DNA of 64,000 nt. It comes from Octopus vulgaris. Its lineage: Eukaryota. A program made the position numbers and the translations under genes. Positions within the stretch are counted from its first letter, which is position 1. Each line of letters opens with the position of its first letter. The notes below the pieces were generated by a model. It saw only the letters and a program-made list of their open reading frames with translations, made no database searches and had not been told where the DNA came from. Location of the stretch: NCBI GenBank assembly GCA_951406725.2, contig OX597834.1, positions 7,440,001-7,504,000 of the forward strand. Direction: 5' to 3'. Below are positions 1-13,383 of the stretch, piece by piece.

Positions 1-1304
1 TGAAGGGAAAATATCCACATAGACTTTTGTCATTAGACCTACACTTAATTACAAGATCAGAGAAACAAAGAAATATAACACTTCAGTAAATACCTATTAC
101 TCAACTAGGAAATCACACGTTCATTAGAATTAAACCAAATATCTGTATATTCCTTTGATATTACCTTATCTAAGATATCCATTATATCTTATATGTATCT
201 TTTTTATTATTCCTCTACTTATGTTTTTGTTAATACTGATTTTATGTATAAAAACATAAATGTAAATATAAAATACACACATACACATTTAATTCCCAGA
301 GACTGCTTTCAGAGAGCCAGCTCTTTCATGTATTTTCACAATGTCGTATTTACATTTTAATGAATATAAATTCAATGCATGCTTTATAAGCATATCCACT
401 CATTCAAGCATGTGAATGAAAATTTATGACGAGCTTGCCCAATTATATTTGTTAATGGAAACAATAAATATTGCCTTTTGATAGAATATTTCATATTTTA
501 GAAGACACTTTTCCATACACGTACGGATCCTTTCGTGAAAATACTGAGAAGTCTGTAAGCTTATTTCGAAACTTGTAAGGCTTAATATTAGAATAGACAT
601 ATTCTGAAATATTAGAATAGACATTTTCTTCCCGATTCTCTTAAAACAATATGAATTCTAAAGAGAATCAAGACTATTGAAAAGGTTGCAAGACGCAACG
701 GAAATTTAAGGAAAATAAAAATAAAAAATAAGTGGAAATTTTACAGAGGCACAAAAAGAAAATGACTCTCCCCAGACACAACAAAATATGCTTCAACACA
801 CGAACTCATATAAAGAATCTTGCACACCAAATCCAAAAACGAAAAATAATTCTAACGAATATTTCCATGTATATCTTTCAGAACAATGAAGTTAGCGACT
901 AGGCAGAATCTTTAGACAGTCGGACAAAATGCTTTGCCGTATGTCTTTCGACTAAATATATCCTGGTTTTAAATTCTGCTCACATCAACTTCGATTTTAT
1001 CCCTTCGGATCGATAAAATAAAGTACCAATCAAGCACAAAGGCATCGAAGTTACAGACTTGTTCCCAAATTTGTCCCGAAATCCTTCTAGAAAATACTTT
1101 TTGAATTCTATATTTTCCAGTTATTTCCATTCTGGTTTCGAACCTTCCATACCTTCATAATTAAAAATTTCTTTCTCAGTAAGATCGCTTATACTTACCT
1201 CCCAGATCCCTTGCCTTTCCCTTCCAATTTTTTCAACCAAAGAAAGAGTTCGTGGGACCGCGATTTGATGAGGCACGGAATAATAATGGCTGAGAAGAAG
1301 CTAG

Positions 1305-1450
1305 TGGAATAGTTAACGGCAAAAAGACTGATAAAATAAGTTCTAGACTAAATGTATAAGTCCTCGAGTCAATTTGTTTGAATTAAAGCCCTTCAAGGCG
1401 TTGCCCCAGCGTGGCCGCAGTCAAATAACTGAAACAAGTAAAAGAATGAA
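1305..1450 (+). mobile_element. SINE family B, diverged 3' fragment
   Basis: Contains CAGCGTGGCCGCAGTCAAATAACTGAAACAAGTAAAAGA, matching the tail of full copies such as 26250-26668. Confidence 0.75.
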
Positions 1451-1681
1451 AGTACATGTCCCTTAATAAAAAAGGTATGCCCACTCTTGGTATAACCTGT
1501 GTGTAGGTTCATTATATAAATATTTTGCGTACGCGCTCGTATGTATGTATGCCTCTGTATGTGTGTGTTTGTGTGGGGGTGTGCACGAGTATGTGTGTGA
1601 GTGTGTGTGTGTGCATGCGTGTGTGTATGTGTTAAAAGAAGATGAATCTTATTTAGCTTTTATTCATCTAAGCGAAGGATG

Positions 1682-1832
1682 TTGCGAGTCAGTTGTTCGC
1701 ATTCATTTAAGTCACAAATATATAAACTCGTAGCCCCGACTACTGGATAAGTCTTTAAACGACTTATCCAGTAGTCGGGGCTATGAGTTTATATATTTGT
1801 GACTTAAATGAATGCGAACAACTGACTCGCAA
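1682..1832. repeat. Near-perfect palindrome with 72-bp arms
   Basis: 1682-1753 is the reverse complement of 1761-1832 with one mismatch; the centre is TTTAAAC. Confidence 0.95.
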
Positions 1833-1834
1833 TA

Positions 1835-2250
1835 TACCTATTTCTTTACTACCCACAAGGGGCTAAACACAGAGGGAACAAACAAGGACAGACATAGATA
1901 TTGAGTCGATTACATCGACCCCATTTGGTAACTGGTACTTAATTTATCGACCCCGAAAGGATGAAAGGCAAAGTCGACCTCGGCGGAATTTGAACTCACA
2001 ACGTAACGCAGACGAAATACCTATTTCTTTATTACCCACAAGGGGCTAAACACAGAGGGGACAAACAAGGACAGACATAGGTATTAAGTCGATTACATCG
2101 ACCCCAGTGCGTAACTGGTACTTAATTTATCGACCACGAAAGGATGAAAGGCAAAGTCGACCTCGGCGGAATTTGAACTCACAACGTAACGCAAACGAAA
2201 TACCGCTAAGCATTTCGCCCGGCGAGCTAACGTTTCTGCTAGTTCGCCGC
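1835..2250 (-). mobile_element. SINE family C, head plus 2 tandem bodies
   Basis: Two ~184-bp units containing GAAAGGATGAAAGGCAAAGTCGACCTCGGCGGAATTTGAACTC; tRNA-like head at the right end. Confidence 0.9.
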
Positions 2251-3315
2251 ATAAATAAATGACTGGATATTTACCAGTGGATACATCGCGGGATATCTAG
2301 ATATTTTGGCTAGCATACACCTCGCTAATTGCTTTTAAAGTAGACAGAGCTGTTGGTGAGCAAATCGACCACACAGTGACCAAGGAAGGAAGTGATTACT
2401 TATATTTTGAATATATTAAGTCAGCGATAAATAAAAACTGCGTTATAAAGGTAGTGAACATTTCCGGTATCGTGTTGTAATGAAACAATATAATAAATTT
2501 TGATGGCTACCTGTATGCTGAGAGTTAGTTGGCGGAATCGTTATCACGCCGGGAAAATTGCTTTGTAGCGTTTCATCCGTCTTTACGTTTTGAGTTTAAA
2601 TTCTGCGTAGGTCGTCTTTAAATTTTATCCTTTCGGGGGTCAATAAAACAAATATACGGGATGTGAATATATCCCACTTAACCCCTCCTCAGAAATCCGT
2701 GTCCTTTTTCCAAAATATGAACCTACTATCACTCGTTTTAGTGAAGAAAGTTTTCGTCATCATTTCAGCACATTTAACAGAACATAGAACAAAATGTATT
2801 TTTAAAAATGTGGCATTTTTGTCTCTAAATTTCCTGGGAAATCACATTAAAGACATGCAATAATCATGTCACCTTGATTTCGGAAAAGAAGTCAATTGAA
2901 ATTATTTGAGAAAAGACCTTTATATGTGCACATGTGCGTGCGTACATTTGGAATTACAAACTAAAAATCTGTGGCATGTGTTTTAAAACTGGTTCATGTA
3001 AAAGGAAGTCATATTTGAAGTGTTGCGTCAAGATCTGAAAAAAACTCCACTTGTAATAGTTAATATTTCGGAGTTAAAAAAACATTCTTTACGTAAAAAA
3101 AAATTTACTCTAATCTAAAAATATTTTATCATAAAATGCAATTTGGCGATCTCAACATTTAGCATTTTCCCAAGTTTCTGTAGTCTTACTTTCTAACATT
3201 GATTACGACTTAAAGCTGGTTCTACAGACTATCAATAGGGGACGAAACTTCTTTGTAAATATACAAATTAATCAAAGATGGTTAGAAATCATTGGAAATT
3301 TTCCCACATACTTTA

Positions 3316-3366
<51 letters not shown>

Positions 3367-3367
<1 letters not shown>

Positions 3368-3752
3368 TAGCAATATCACCCGGCGTTGCTTGGTTGTAGG
3401 GGAAATAACTATATAAGCATTTTTAGAGCTGTAAAGTATTATAGCCATCTCAATATGGCTAACCTCTAAGGGGGGTGTTACTGTAGCGTTTTACGTTCTG
3501 AGATTTAATAATACATTTTTAGAGAGTTACTTCCCTTATATAATAGTAAAAAAATGCATTGAAAATGGGAAAAAATTATGGTAAATTTTTTTTAAATCGT
3601 AGACTCATCGTAGACGCGCGCTAATACCCAGAAGGGCGCGATATGAATCACGACTATAAGATACCCGCTTTTGGTTACACTGCACCGCAAAATGTGGGAG
3701 TAGTTAGGAATCTAAATCGTAGGAGACAGACACACAACTTCACTTTTATATA
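3367..3752 (-). mobile_element. Non-autonomous Helitron, copy 1
   Basis: The minus strand ends in a GC-rich hairpin then CTAG|T; homologous to 12503-12898 and 35315-35709; the 5' end blurs into (TA)n. Confidence 0.8.
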
Positions 3753-4214
3753 TATCATGTGTGTGTGTGTGTGTGCAAATCTTCTTAAAGTGTTTTACTT
3801 AAACACAGTTTCATCCACCCGTTATCAGTCGATCTAGATATCCATCGATATATGCACATACATACACACATACATACCTATATGTATACGTACATATAGG
3901 TATGTATGTTTGTATGTATGCATGAAAGTATGTGTGTCTGTAGAAAATGTAAACTTACGCTTAGCGCCTTCTCTAACTGTGCAATAAAGTTAGAGCGAAA
4001 AACGGTCTGAATAACTTATTAATCAATTGAAGGAAAAAGAGACCTATTTTACTTACAATATCTTTAGCTTCACTTCCATTCAGTATGTGTGCTTGTGTCT
4101 GGGTGAGCAATGTAGAAATGTGTGGCAAATACTATAAAAGTTTGACATACGTCACTACTCTGTGATATAAAATCGATGATAACTTTGTAACTAAGCGAAA
4201 TAGACAATATCCAG

Positions 4215-4236
4215 ACATATGTGTATGTACGGCTGC

Positions 4237-4293
<57 letters not shown>

Positions 4294-4593
4294 TATATAC
4301 ATATATATAAATATGTACATATATATATATGTATATATACACATATAATATATATTTATATTATATATTATATATATATATGTGTGTGTGTGTGTGGGTG
4401 TATGTATATATGTATATTTAGTTATGTTATATCACTAATACAAACAGACTCTATATCGTTTTACCGAAGGCATATACGAGTTACTTTTCATTGTTATATG
4501 AATTGTTGCACTAAATATATGTCGTGTATGAAGATGTGCGTATACATACATAAATATATACATATGTACATATATCATATGTACGTGTCTGCG

Positions 4594-4634
<41 letters not shown>

Positions 4635-4848
4635 TAAACACACACCAACACATATTCACACGCAGCCACGTATATGAGTGTGTGTGGTTCAATATATATG
4701 AATGAATAATTATATATATATATTTATACATACATACGTATGTATATGTCTAATATGTATGAATATGTATATGTAAATATAAATATACGCATATGCTTGC
4801 ATATGTAAACACACACACACAATATATATCTATATATTTATATGCATA

Positions 4849-4889
<41 letters not shown>

Positions 4890-5010
4890 AAGTATATATA
4901 TTCTTTCATTTAGCATATATATATTATATAATATGGATGTATATATATATATATATATGTGTGTATATACACCTCTATAAATGTGTATATATATACATAT
5001 ATATATATTA
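4215..5010. repeat. (TA)n/(TG)n/(CA)n compound microsatellite
   Basis: Seen directly in the sequence. Confidence 0.95.
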
Positions 5011-5129
5011 CGAAGACATTTGCATGTCCCTTGTATCGTAGTTGTAGAACCGAAATAGAAATGTTGCTACCTTGCATGCAAGTTTTAGTATGCTCTGCAC
5101 GAGATGCTATGTCAGTACTAGTGGATGTA

Positions 5130-5217
<88 letters not shown>

Positions 5218-5447
5218 CATCATCATCATTATTATTATTACTATTATTATTATTATCATTATTATTATTATTACTAATATTATTATTATTGTCATCATCG
5301 TCATTATTATTATTATTATCATTATTATTATTATTGTTATTATCATTATTATTATTATCATCATCATTTTTATTATTATTATTATTATCATTTTTATTAT
5401 TATTATTATTATCCTTATTATTATTATTATCATTATTATTATTATTA

Positions 5448-5528
<81 letters not shown>

Positions 5529-5565
5529 GTAGTAGTAGTAGTAGTAGTAGTAGTAATAGTAGCAT
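5130..5565. repeat. (ATT)n/(ATC)n/(AGT)n microsatellite
   Basis: Seen directly; explains the poly-L and poly-I ORFs. Confidence 0.97.
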
Positions 5566-5804
5566 TACCGAAAATGCTACAACACTGACAACAATGATGA
5601 GGTGGGGGAAAATAAAGGGGAAAAAAACCTGAAAACTTCTAAACAAACAGACAGACAGGCAGACACAATTATGGTCGAGATCTTTGTTAAAGTGGGAAAA
5701 TATCCTTTGGCTGGCAAATATAATGATCCGTATTAACAATGCTTATCTATTTATGTATCAGCATCGTTTCAGTGTGTTTGAGATGGAGACGATGATGCGG
5801 ATAA

Positions 5805-5820
5805 GAACAACAACAACAGG

Positions 5821-5860
<40 letters not shown>

Positions 5861-5900
5861 GCAACGGTAGCCACAAGTATAACAACAACAATGATAATGG

Positions 5901-5938
<38 letters not shown>

Positions 5939-6142
5939 TTAATAACAATAACAATAATGAGGATAATAATAATACTAATAATAATGTTGATGATGATGAT
6001 GATGATGGTGATAACAACAACAACAATAATAATAATAATAATGATGATGATGATGATGATAATAATAATAACAATAATAATAATAATAATAATGATAATA
6101 ATAATAAAAATAATAATGATAATAATAATAAAAATAATAATG

Positions 6143-6212
<70 letters not shown>

Positions 6213-6259
6213 TAATAATGATGATGATAATAATAATAATAAAAATAATAATGATGATG

Positions 6260-6310
<51 letters not shown>

Positions 6311-6319
6311 GTAATGATA

Positions 6320-6352
<33 letters not shown>

Positions 6353-6500
6353 TTAATAACAATAACAATATTGAGGATAATAATAATATTACTAATAATA
6401 ATGTTGGTGATTATGATGATGATAACAACAACAACAACAATAATAATAATAATAATATCAATAATAATAATAATGATGATGATGATGATGATGATGATGA
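5805..6500. repeat. (AAC)n/(GAT)n/(AAT)n compound microsatellite with an internal block duplication
   Basis: Seen directly; the block GATGTTAATAACAATAACAATA..GAGGATAATAAT occurs at about 5935 and 6350. Confidence 0.95.
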
Positions 6501-6723
6501 ATAAAATGAATGGATGAATTTCACGTTGATGATGTTAATGATAATGACGATGATCAATCAGCATAACAATATGAAATTTGATGAGGAGGCTGTTGCTAAT
6601 GGTGACGATACGATATTGTTTGCAGTTATCGTTACAAAACTAACAACAGAACCCACGATCGAACAACCACATCCAGTTCCGCCGCCACCCCACTCCACCT
6701 AACCCATCATCATCATCACTCAC

Positions 6724-6774
6724 AACAGTAGTGAGGAAATACAAAGACACTCTTGCAACGATCAGTCTCCACAT
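6724..6774 (-). CDS. Candidate first coding exon segment, MWRLIVARVSLYFLTTV (signal-peptide-like)
   Basis: ATG at 6774, 17 codons, then a consensus donor GTT|GTGAGT at 6723; a polypyrimidine tract with TAG/CAG acceptors lies at 6867-6910. Confidence 0.4.
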
Positions 6775-7075
6775 AATTTTAGCAGAAGGCAACGGTAGAA
6801 GCAGCGGTAGCAGCAGCAGCAGCAGCAGCAGCAATATAGAGTGTTGTGGTTTGTGAAATATTTCAACTGAAGCTAATAAGATAACCAAAAAAAAGAAAAA
6901 AGTAAAAAAAGAAAATTAGAAAGTTTTTCAATGCAAGTGTGAAGGAAATATTGAGAGGAGAGACACGAAGAAAAATTGTATGGAGGAATAATAAAGAATG
7001 ATAGTGGAAAGTGTTGTGTATGGGATGCTTTGAGTCTGTTTATAATCCAGTAGATGAAGTGTTTAGAGTATTCTT

Positions 7076-7240
7076 GAGTGGCTGTGTGGTAAGTAGCTTG
7101 CTTACCAACCACATGGTTCCGGGTTCAGTCCCACTGCGTGGCATCTTGGGCAAGTGTCTTCTGCTATAGCCTCGGGCCGACCAATGCCTTGTGAGTTGAT
7201 TTGGTAGACTGAAACTGAAAGAAGCCTGTGGTTTGTATGC

Positions 7241-7277
<37 letters not shown>

Positions 7278-7490
7278 CATGTGTTGGTGTGTCTGTGTTT
7301 GTCCCCCTAGCATTGCTTGACAACCGATGCTGGTGTGTTTGCATCCCTGTAATATAGCGGTTCAGCAAAAGCGACTGATAGAATAAGTTCTAGGCTTACA
7401 AAGAATAAGTGCTGGGGTCGATTTGCTCGACTTAAAGGCGGTACTCCAGCATGGCCGCAGTCAAATGACTGAAACAAGTAAAAGAGAAAG
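7076..7490 (+). mobile_element. SINE family B (tRNA-like head, internal TA/TG microsatellite)
   Basis: GTGGCTGTGTGGTAAG A-box-like, GGTTCAGTCCC B-box-like, (GTAAAAGA)n tail; more than 10 copies in the window. Confidence 0.9.
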
Positions 7491-7796
7491 AGAAAATAGA
7501 AAAGAGAAAAACTCATGGCTAGGTGCAGATGTGGCTGTATTGTTAAGGCGTAGGAGAGGCTGTGTATTAAAAAAAAACCTAAGAGGTTTTAGTGCCTCCT
7601 TCTTGTAAGAGGTTCGAAACCTCATATTGATTTTTAAAAATAAGAAAATGTGTTTTCGAGAAAAATCCAATCGGCGAGTGTTGGGTTCCGTCTCTCATTT
7701 ATTCATTTTATTTCATTTTCATTCATTAATGTGTTTGTCCAGCCTGCAAAGCTACACACTCTTTGTACTGTCTATAATGACAAATTTTATGAAATA

Positions 7797-7939
7797 AAGT
7801 AGCTTGCTTACCAACCTCATGGTTCCGGGTTCAGTCTCACTGCGGGTCACCTTGGGAAAGTGTCTTCTGCTATAGCTTCGGGCCGACCAGAGCCTTGTGA
7901 GTGGATTTGGTAGACGGAAACTGAAAGAAGCCCGTCGTA

Positions 7940-8004
<65 letters not shown>

Positions 8005-8243
8005 ATATGTATGCATGTATGTATGTATGTGTGTATATATGTTTGTGTGTCTGTGTTTGTCCTCCAACCATCGCTTGACAACCGATGTTGGTGTGTTTAC
8101 GTCCCGTACCTTAGCGGTTCGGCAAAAGAGAACGATAGAATAAGTTCCAGGCTTCCAAAGAATAAATCCTGGGGTCGATTTGCTCGACTAAAGGCGGTGC
8201 CCCAGCATGGCCGCAGTCAGATGACTGAAAGAAGTAAAAAGAG
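7797..8243 (+). mobile_element. SINE family B, slightly 5'-truncated
   Basis: Homologous to 7076-7490. Confidence 0.9.
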
Positions 8244-8664
8244 TAATTTGGAGCTCTTATTTGGAGCTATGTGTTCTGGGTTCGAACTCTTTAAGCAACA
8301 TTTTACGTCAGCACCTCCCGAGTCGGATACGGTTAATAGAAAATATATAAACGCCATCTCAAGTACACACACACATTCACGCATACATGCACACATACAT
8401 AACTACACACCCATACATGCGTATACACACATGTATACATATAAACACGCACAAACTAATTGCGTTGACAAATGTCCCGTTTGTTTCGCTCTGTAGAATA
8501 TTTCCAAAATTATTTTGAGAAGTTCTTTGGAGCAAAACATACTCTTGACGTACACACATATATATTGAACAATATGTGGTTTGTTTGGAAATGTTTGATA
8601 TTAATAAATATCATTTTCTTTGATCTACTTTATTGTCTCTATTTTTCTATCGAATAATCCCATC

Positions 8665-9022
8665 CTTTTATGTATGTATATGTGTGCGAGAAAGTATGTA
8701 TGTATATACATACATACATATATATATATAAATATATATACTTATATATATACACATATACATGTATGCAAACGTACATATATATATATATATACATACA
8801 TATATATGCACACATATACATGCATATATACATATACACATACACATATACATTCATATATAAATATATACATATATACATATGTAAATATATGTGCATT
8901 CATAAACATACATATATATACATTTATATAAATAACATATTAAAACATATATATACATACATGCATGCATACATATATATATATATATATATATACATGC
9001 ATATATGTGTATATATATATAT

Positions 9023-9069
<47 letters not shown>

Positions 9070-9084
9070 TACATATACATATGC

Positions 9085-9146
<62 letters not shown>

Positions 9147-9165
9147 TTATACATATATACATATG

Positions 9166-9201
<36 letters not shown>

Positions 9202-9230
9202 TATATATCTAGAGAGAGAGAGAGAGAAAA
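8665..9230. repeat. (TA)n/(TACA)n microsatellite
   Basis: Seen directly in the sequence. Confidence 0.95.
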
Positions 9231-9561
9231 AGAGTGAGAATCCATACCTACATACATACACATATACATATTCATATAAACAATTTTCTGTTTATGTTTG
9301 TGTTCCTGTCCATTAGAGCATTGTGTAACATCCCTTTACAATAAAAAAGTATCTCAAACATTCAATAAAGTAAAATCGATGAAATAATTAACAATTACCG
9401 CTTTTGAATAATGATTAAATTCGTTTCCTGACGTTGGCAATTTGACACAAAATGTAAGAGATTTATGCAATTTCGACCATGGATGCACGTGTTGCTAAAT
9501 GTAGTAAACAAACCTCTCTTAAATCAACCTGAATCATGCTGGAAACAGAAGCGCATACTTC

Positions 9562-9597
<36 letters not shown>

Positions 9598-9599
<2 letters not shown>

Positions 9600-9844
9600 T
9601 CCTTCCCGAGACATGCCAGGCGCGTAACGGACGCTTTCCTGGTTTCAGTGGCGTAGAAATTCCCCACCTGAACGGGACGCCGGTCCGACGCGGGATTACT
9701 CATTTTTGCCAGCTGAGTGGACTGGAGCAACGTGAAATGAAGTGTTTTGCTCAAGAACACAACGCATCGCCCGGTCCAGGAATCGAAAACATAACCATAC
9801 GATCATTAGTGCAACACCCTAACCACTAAGCCACGCGCCTCCAC
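9598..9844 (-). mobile_element. SINE family E
   Basis: Head TGGAGGCGCGTGGCTTAGTGGTTAGG, central TTGAGCAAAACACTT; homologous to 25208-25455. Confidence 0.85.
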
Positions 9845-9856
9845 TATATATATATA

Positions 9857-10168
9857 TCACCGTGACTACCGTAACAGATCAGGCTATCAGATGTTGCCAC
9901 ACATCGCTGTTCACAATGCGCTTCGCATTGTTTTAGCCTTCAAATGACGCCACCCCGCTGGCTAAGCGAGCAAGCCAACAGAATAAAAGAGTGAGAGAAA
10001 GTTGTGGCGAAAGAGTTCAGCAGGGATCACTACCACCCCCTGCCGGAGCCTCATGGAGCTTTAGGAGTTTTCGCTCAATAAACACTCACATCGTCCGGTC
10101 TGGGGATCGAAACCGCGATCCTACAACTGCGAGTCCACTGCCCTAACCACTAGACCATTTCGCTTCCA
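9857..10168 (-). mobile_element. SINE family A head with alternative tail 2
   Basis: A-type head and body at 9985-10168; the tail is shared with 38857-38970. Confidence 0.85.
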
Positions 10169-10916
10169 ACTTCATAATGTAGTCCTAGTTATTCATTTGC
10201 CGAGTGAAGAACATAACTGGAAAGCCTTTCATCACAGACTGCTCAGGTGGTGTTCACCTGGTGTTAAATAGCTATCGCAAAAGCATTCTTCATGAAACCT
10301 GGTTTCATTTAGACTTAAAATATGAACATCAAACTGACAATAATGTGTTTGTGCTTTAATATGCCTTTTTGTGATTGATACAAGGTAATTCTTTTCATGT
10401 CGCTTAGCGCATGAGAAAGAATTTAGAAAAGAAATTCTAAATGTGGAAATACTGACCTTGGCCCACTAAAATACCTATAAATCAAGAATCGAGAAAAAAT
10501 AGGTGTCCTTAAGGGCAAAAAAAAAAAAAAATGGACGGCATAAGATAAAACCCAAAGATGAGATAATAATGGCAATCTTAAACTTCATTAATAAAGAATA
10601 TGAAAACGTCATTTCGAAGATAAATGAAATAATGCATGAAATAGTCCCCCTGGTTACAAAGAAAAGTGGTTTATCACTGAGGCACAGTTATCTTAAGAGG
10701 TATGTCATAACCGAAGCAAGCCACGTCGAAAAATATATATTCAGACTTGGTGGTGTCATAAGAAGTTTGCTTCGCCAACACGTTGTTCTAGCTTCAGTTC
10801 CACTGCCTGCAACTTTGGGTTGTGCCTTCCGTTATAATCCGGGGTCGGCCCACACCGTGTGAGTGGATTTCGTCGGCAGAAAATGAAGAAGCATATTCTA
10901 TAGATATGTATCTATA

Positions 10917-11333
10917 TATTTCTTTACTACCCACAAGGAGCTAAACATAGAGGGGACAAACAAGGACAGATAAACGGATTAAGTCGATTACATCGACCCC
11001 AGTGCATAACTGGTACTTAATTTATCGACCCTGAAATGATGAAAGGCAAAGTCGACCTCAGCGGAATTTGAACTCAGAACGTACCGGCACACGAAATACC
11101 TATTACTTTACTACCCACAAGGGGCTAAACACAAAGAGGACAAACAAGGACAGACAAACGGATTATGACGATTATATCAACCCCAGCGCGTAACTGGTAC
11201 TTATTTAATCGATTCCGAAAGGATGAAAGGCAAAGTCGACCTCGGCGGAATTTGAACTCAGACGTAACAGCAGACGAAATACCGCTAAGCATTTCGCCCA
11301 ACGTGCTAACGTTTCTGCCAAGCTCACTGCCTT
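10917..11333 (-). mobile_element. SINE family C, head plus 2 bodies
   Basis: Same structure as 1835-2250. Confidence 0.9.
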
Positions 11334-11754
11334 AACGAGCTAGAACGATTCTGCCAATCAAACCAATGAGTATTAGACATCAGATTCACATCTCTGACTG
11401 TCTTAGATGGGGGTCAATTTGCTGGCTTGATAATCCGGAAGCTAGATGAAAAGCTAATAAATTACACCGCATTAGTTGGTGAATTAAACGTGTTTGGCAG
11501 TCGAAAGATGTTTCTCCGTTTTTAATTGATGCAACTGCAATGATAGACAGCCACTGCTATAAATACAGTCCTATATTACCTATAACAATAGATATAGGCA
11601 TGTTACCGAAAATAGCCAAATAAGAATCTATAAATAATATTACGGCATTCTCATGCGACAATGATATGCTTGTTTTCCAAGATGTAGCGAGTTTATTGAT
11701 TAACGAAGAGACACTTGATCTAATTCACAAACCAATAAATAACGAAGGGCGAAT

Positions 11755-11789
11755 CTTCTTCTTCTTCTTCTTCTTCTTCTTCTTCTTCT

Positions 11790-11822
<33 letters not shown>

Positions 11823-12088
11823 CTTCCTCTTCTTCTCTTCCTCTTCTTTTTCTTCTTCTTCTTCTTCTTCTTTTTTTCTTCTTCTTGTTTTTCTTTTTCT
11901 TCTTCTTCCCTCTTCTTCTTCTTCTTCTTCTTTTTCTTCTTCTTCTTCTTCTCCTTCCTCTTCTCCTTCTTCTTCTTCTTCCTCCTCTTCTTCTTCTTCT
12001 TCTTCTTCTTCTTCTTCTTCTCCTTCTTCTTCTTCTTCTCCTTCTCCTTCTTCTTCTTTCTCCTCGTTCTCCTTTTCTCCTTCTTTTT

Positions 12089-12119
<31 letters not shown>

Positions 12120-12158
12120 CATCACCATCACCATCATCACCATCATCATCACCATCAC

Positions 12159-12190
<32 letters not shown>
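11755..12190. repeat. (CTT)n then (CAT)n microsatellite
   Basis: Seen directly in the sequence. Confidence 0.97.
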
Positions 12191-12191
<1 letters not shown>

Positions 12192-12502
12192 GGCGATGTG
12201 CTGGCAGAATCCTCAGCACGCCAGGCAAAAATGCTCAGCGGTAAATTCACCCGTCACTACGTTCTGAGTTCAAATGCCGTCGAGTTCGACTTTGCCCTTC
12301 ATCCTATCGGGGTTGAAAGAATGAAACCTCTGCGCCATATGCCTTCACCTAAATCACTACATGTGCGTGATTTTCATACGTACCCATTACGTATGGTATC
12401 AAATGTGTGTGCATGTGTCTGTATATCTATGTTTATGTGTACGTATTTGTGTGTCTATATATATATGTGTGTGTATCTCTCTCTTTTCTTCTATATAATA
12501 TA

Positions 12503-12898
12503 CTAGCAGTATCGCCCGGCGTTGCTCGGGTTTGTAAGGGAAATAACTATATAAGCATTTTTAGAGAGTTATAGCCAAAAAACAGCAAAAGAATGTATTA
12601 AAAATGAAAAAAAAAATATGGTAAATTTTCTTTAAATCGTTGACTCATCGTAGACATTTTTAGAGAGTTACCTCCCTTATATAATAGCAAAAAATGCATT
12701 AAAATGGAAAGAAATTATGGTAATTTTTTTTTAAAATCGTAGACTCAACGTAGACGCGCGCTAATACCCAGAAGGGTATGATATGAATCACGACTATAAG
12801 ATACCCGGTTTTGGTTAAACTGCACCGCAAAATGTGGGAGTAGTTAGGAATCTAAATCGTAGGAGACAGACACACAACCTTACTTTTATATATAAAGA
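12503..12898 (-). mobile_element. Non-autonomous Helitron, copy 2
   Basis: Minus strand reads A|TCTTTATATAT...CCCGAGCAACGCCGGG hairpin...CTAG|T, with no TSD. Confidence 0.88.
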
Positions 12899-13212
12899 TA
12901 TACCCTTCTGTGTCTCACTAAAACTACCAGAAAGCGGCAGTTTGTCCGTCTTGGCCTGACGAGCTGCAGAGCCTGGGTTGGTAACTGAACGGACCAAGTT
13001 ACATTTTGGCTTTTTATACTTTTCCAGTTTTCCTGTCAACATGGAAAAAATCGTGTGAAGAGAAATTGATCTAATTTACGTAATCGTGTCGTCGATGAAC
13101 TTTACAAGAATTCGATACCAAACAGTTCGGTGTATCGAACATGTACGCAATCATGAAATATGCAATTATCCAACAGTCAATTAGGTGCAATCGATAATAT
13201 ATCCATACCCTT

Positions 13213-13252
<40 letters not shown>

Positions 13253-13287
13253 ATATATATATATATATTTATTATTTTATAGAAGGA

Positions 13288-13336
13288 GTTTCTACAGGAC
13301 TAGAACTGTTTCATTCAAAAGAAATCATCAGGAAGC
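13288..13336 (-). ncRNA. Mirror-image hammerhead ribozyme motif
   Basis: Same motif on the minus strand; stem I has one mismatch (GCTTC/GAAAC). Confidence 0.65.
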
Positions 13337-13383
13337 TTCCTGATGATTTCTTTTGAATGAAACAGTTCTAGTCCTGTAGAAGC
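13335..13383 (+). ncRNA. Minimal type I hammerhead ribozyme motif
   Basis: GCTTC-CTGATGA-t(TTC tttt GAA)t-GAAA-CAG ttctagtc CTG-TA^GAAGC: stems I, II and III form and the core is intact, with a GUA cleavage site after 13378. Confidence 0.75.

Noticed and set aside
4959-6517. Long ORFs of poly-L, poly-I and poly-M, and similar ones at 11666, 16438, 20047, 23810, 27316, 32542 and 56087
   Set aside because: They are stop-free readings of tri- and tetranucleotide microsatellites, not genes.
10503-10862. 119-aa ORF
   Set aside because: It has no ATG start or recognisable motif, and its 3' third is a decayed SINE B head.
12955-12985. CTGACGA-GCT gcag AGC hammerhead-like start
   Set aside because: No GAAA follows stem II, and there is no stem I or III.
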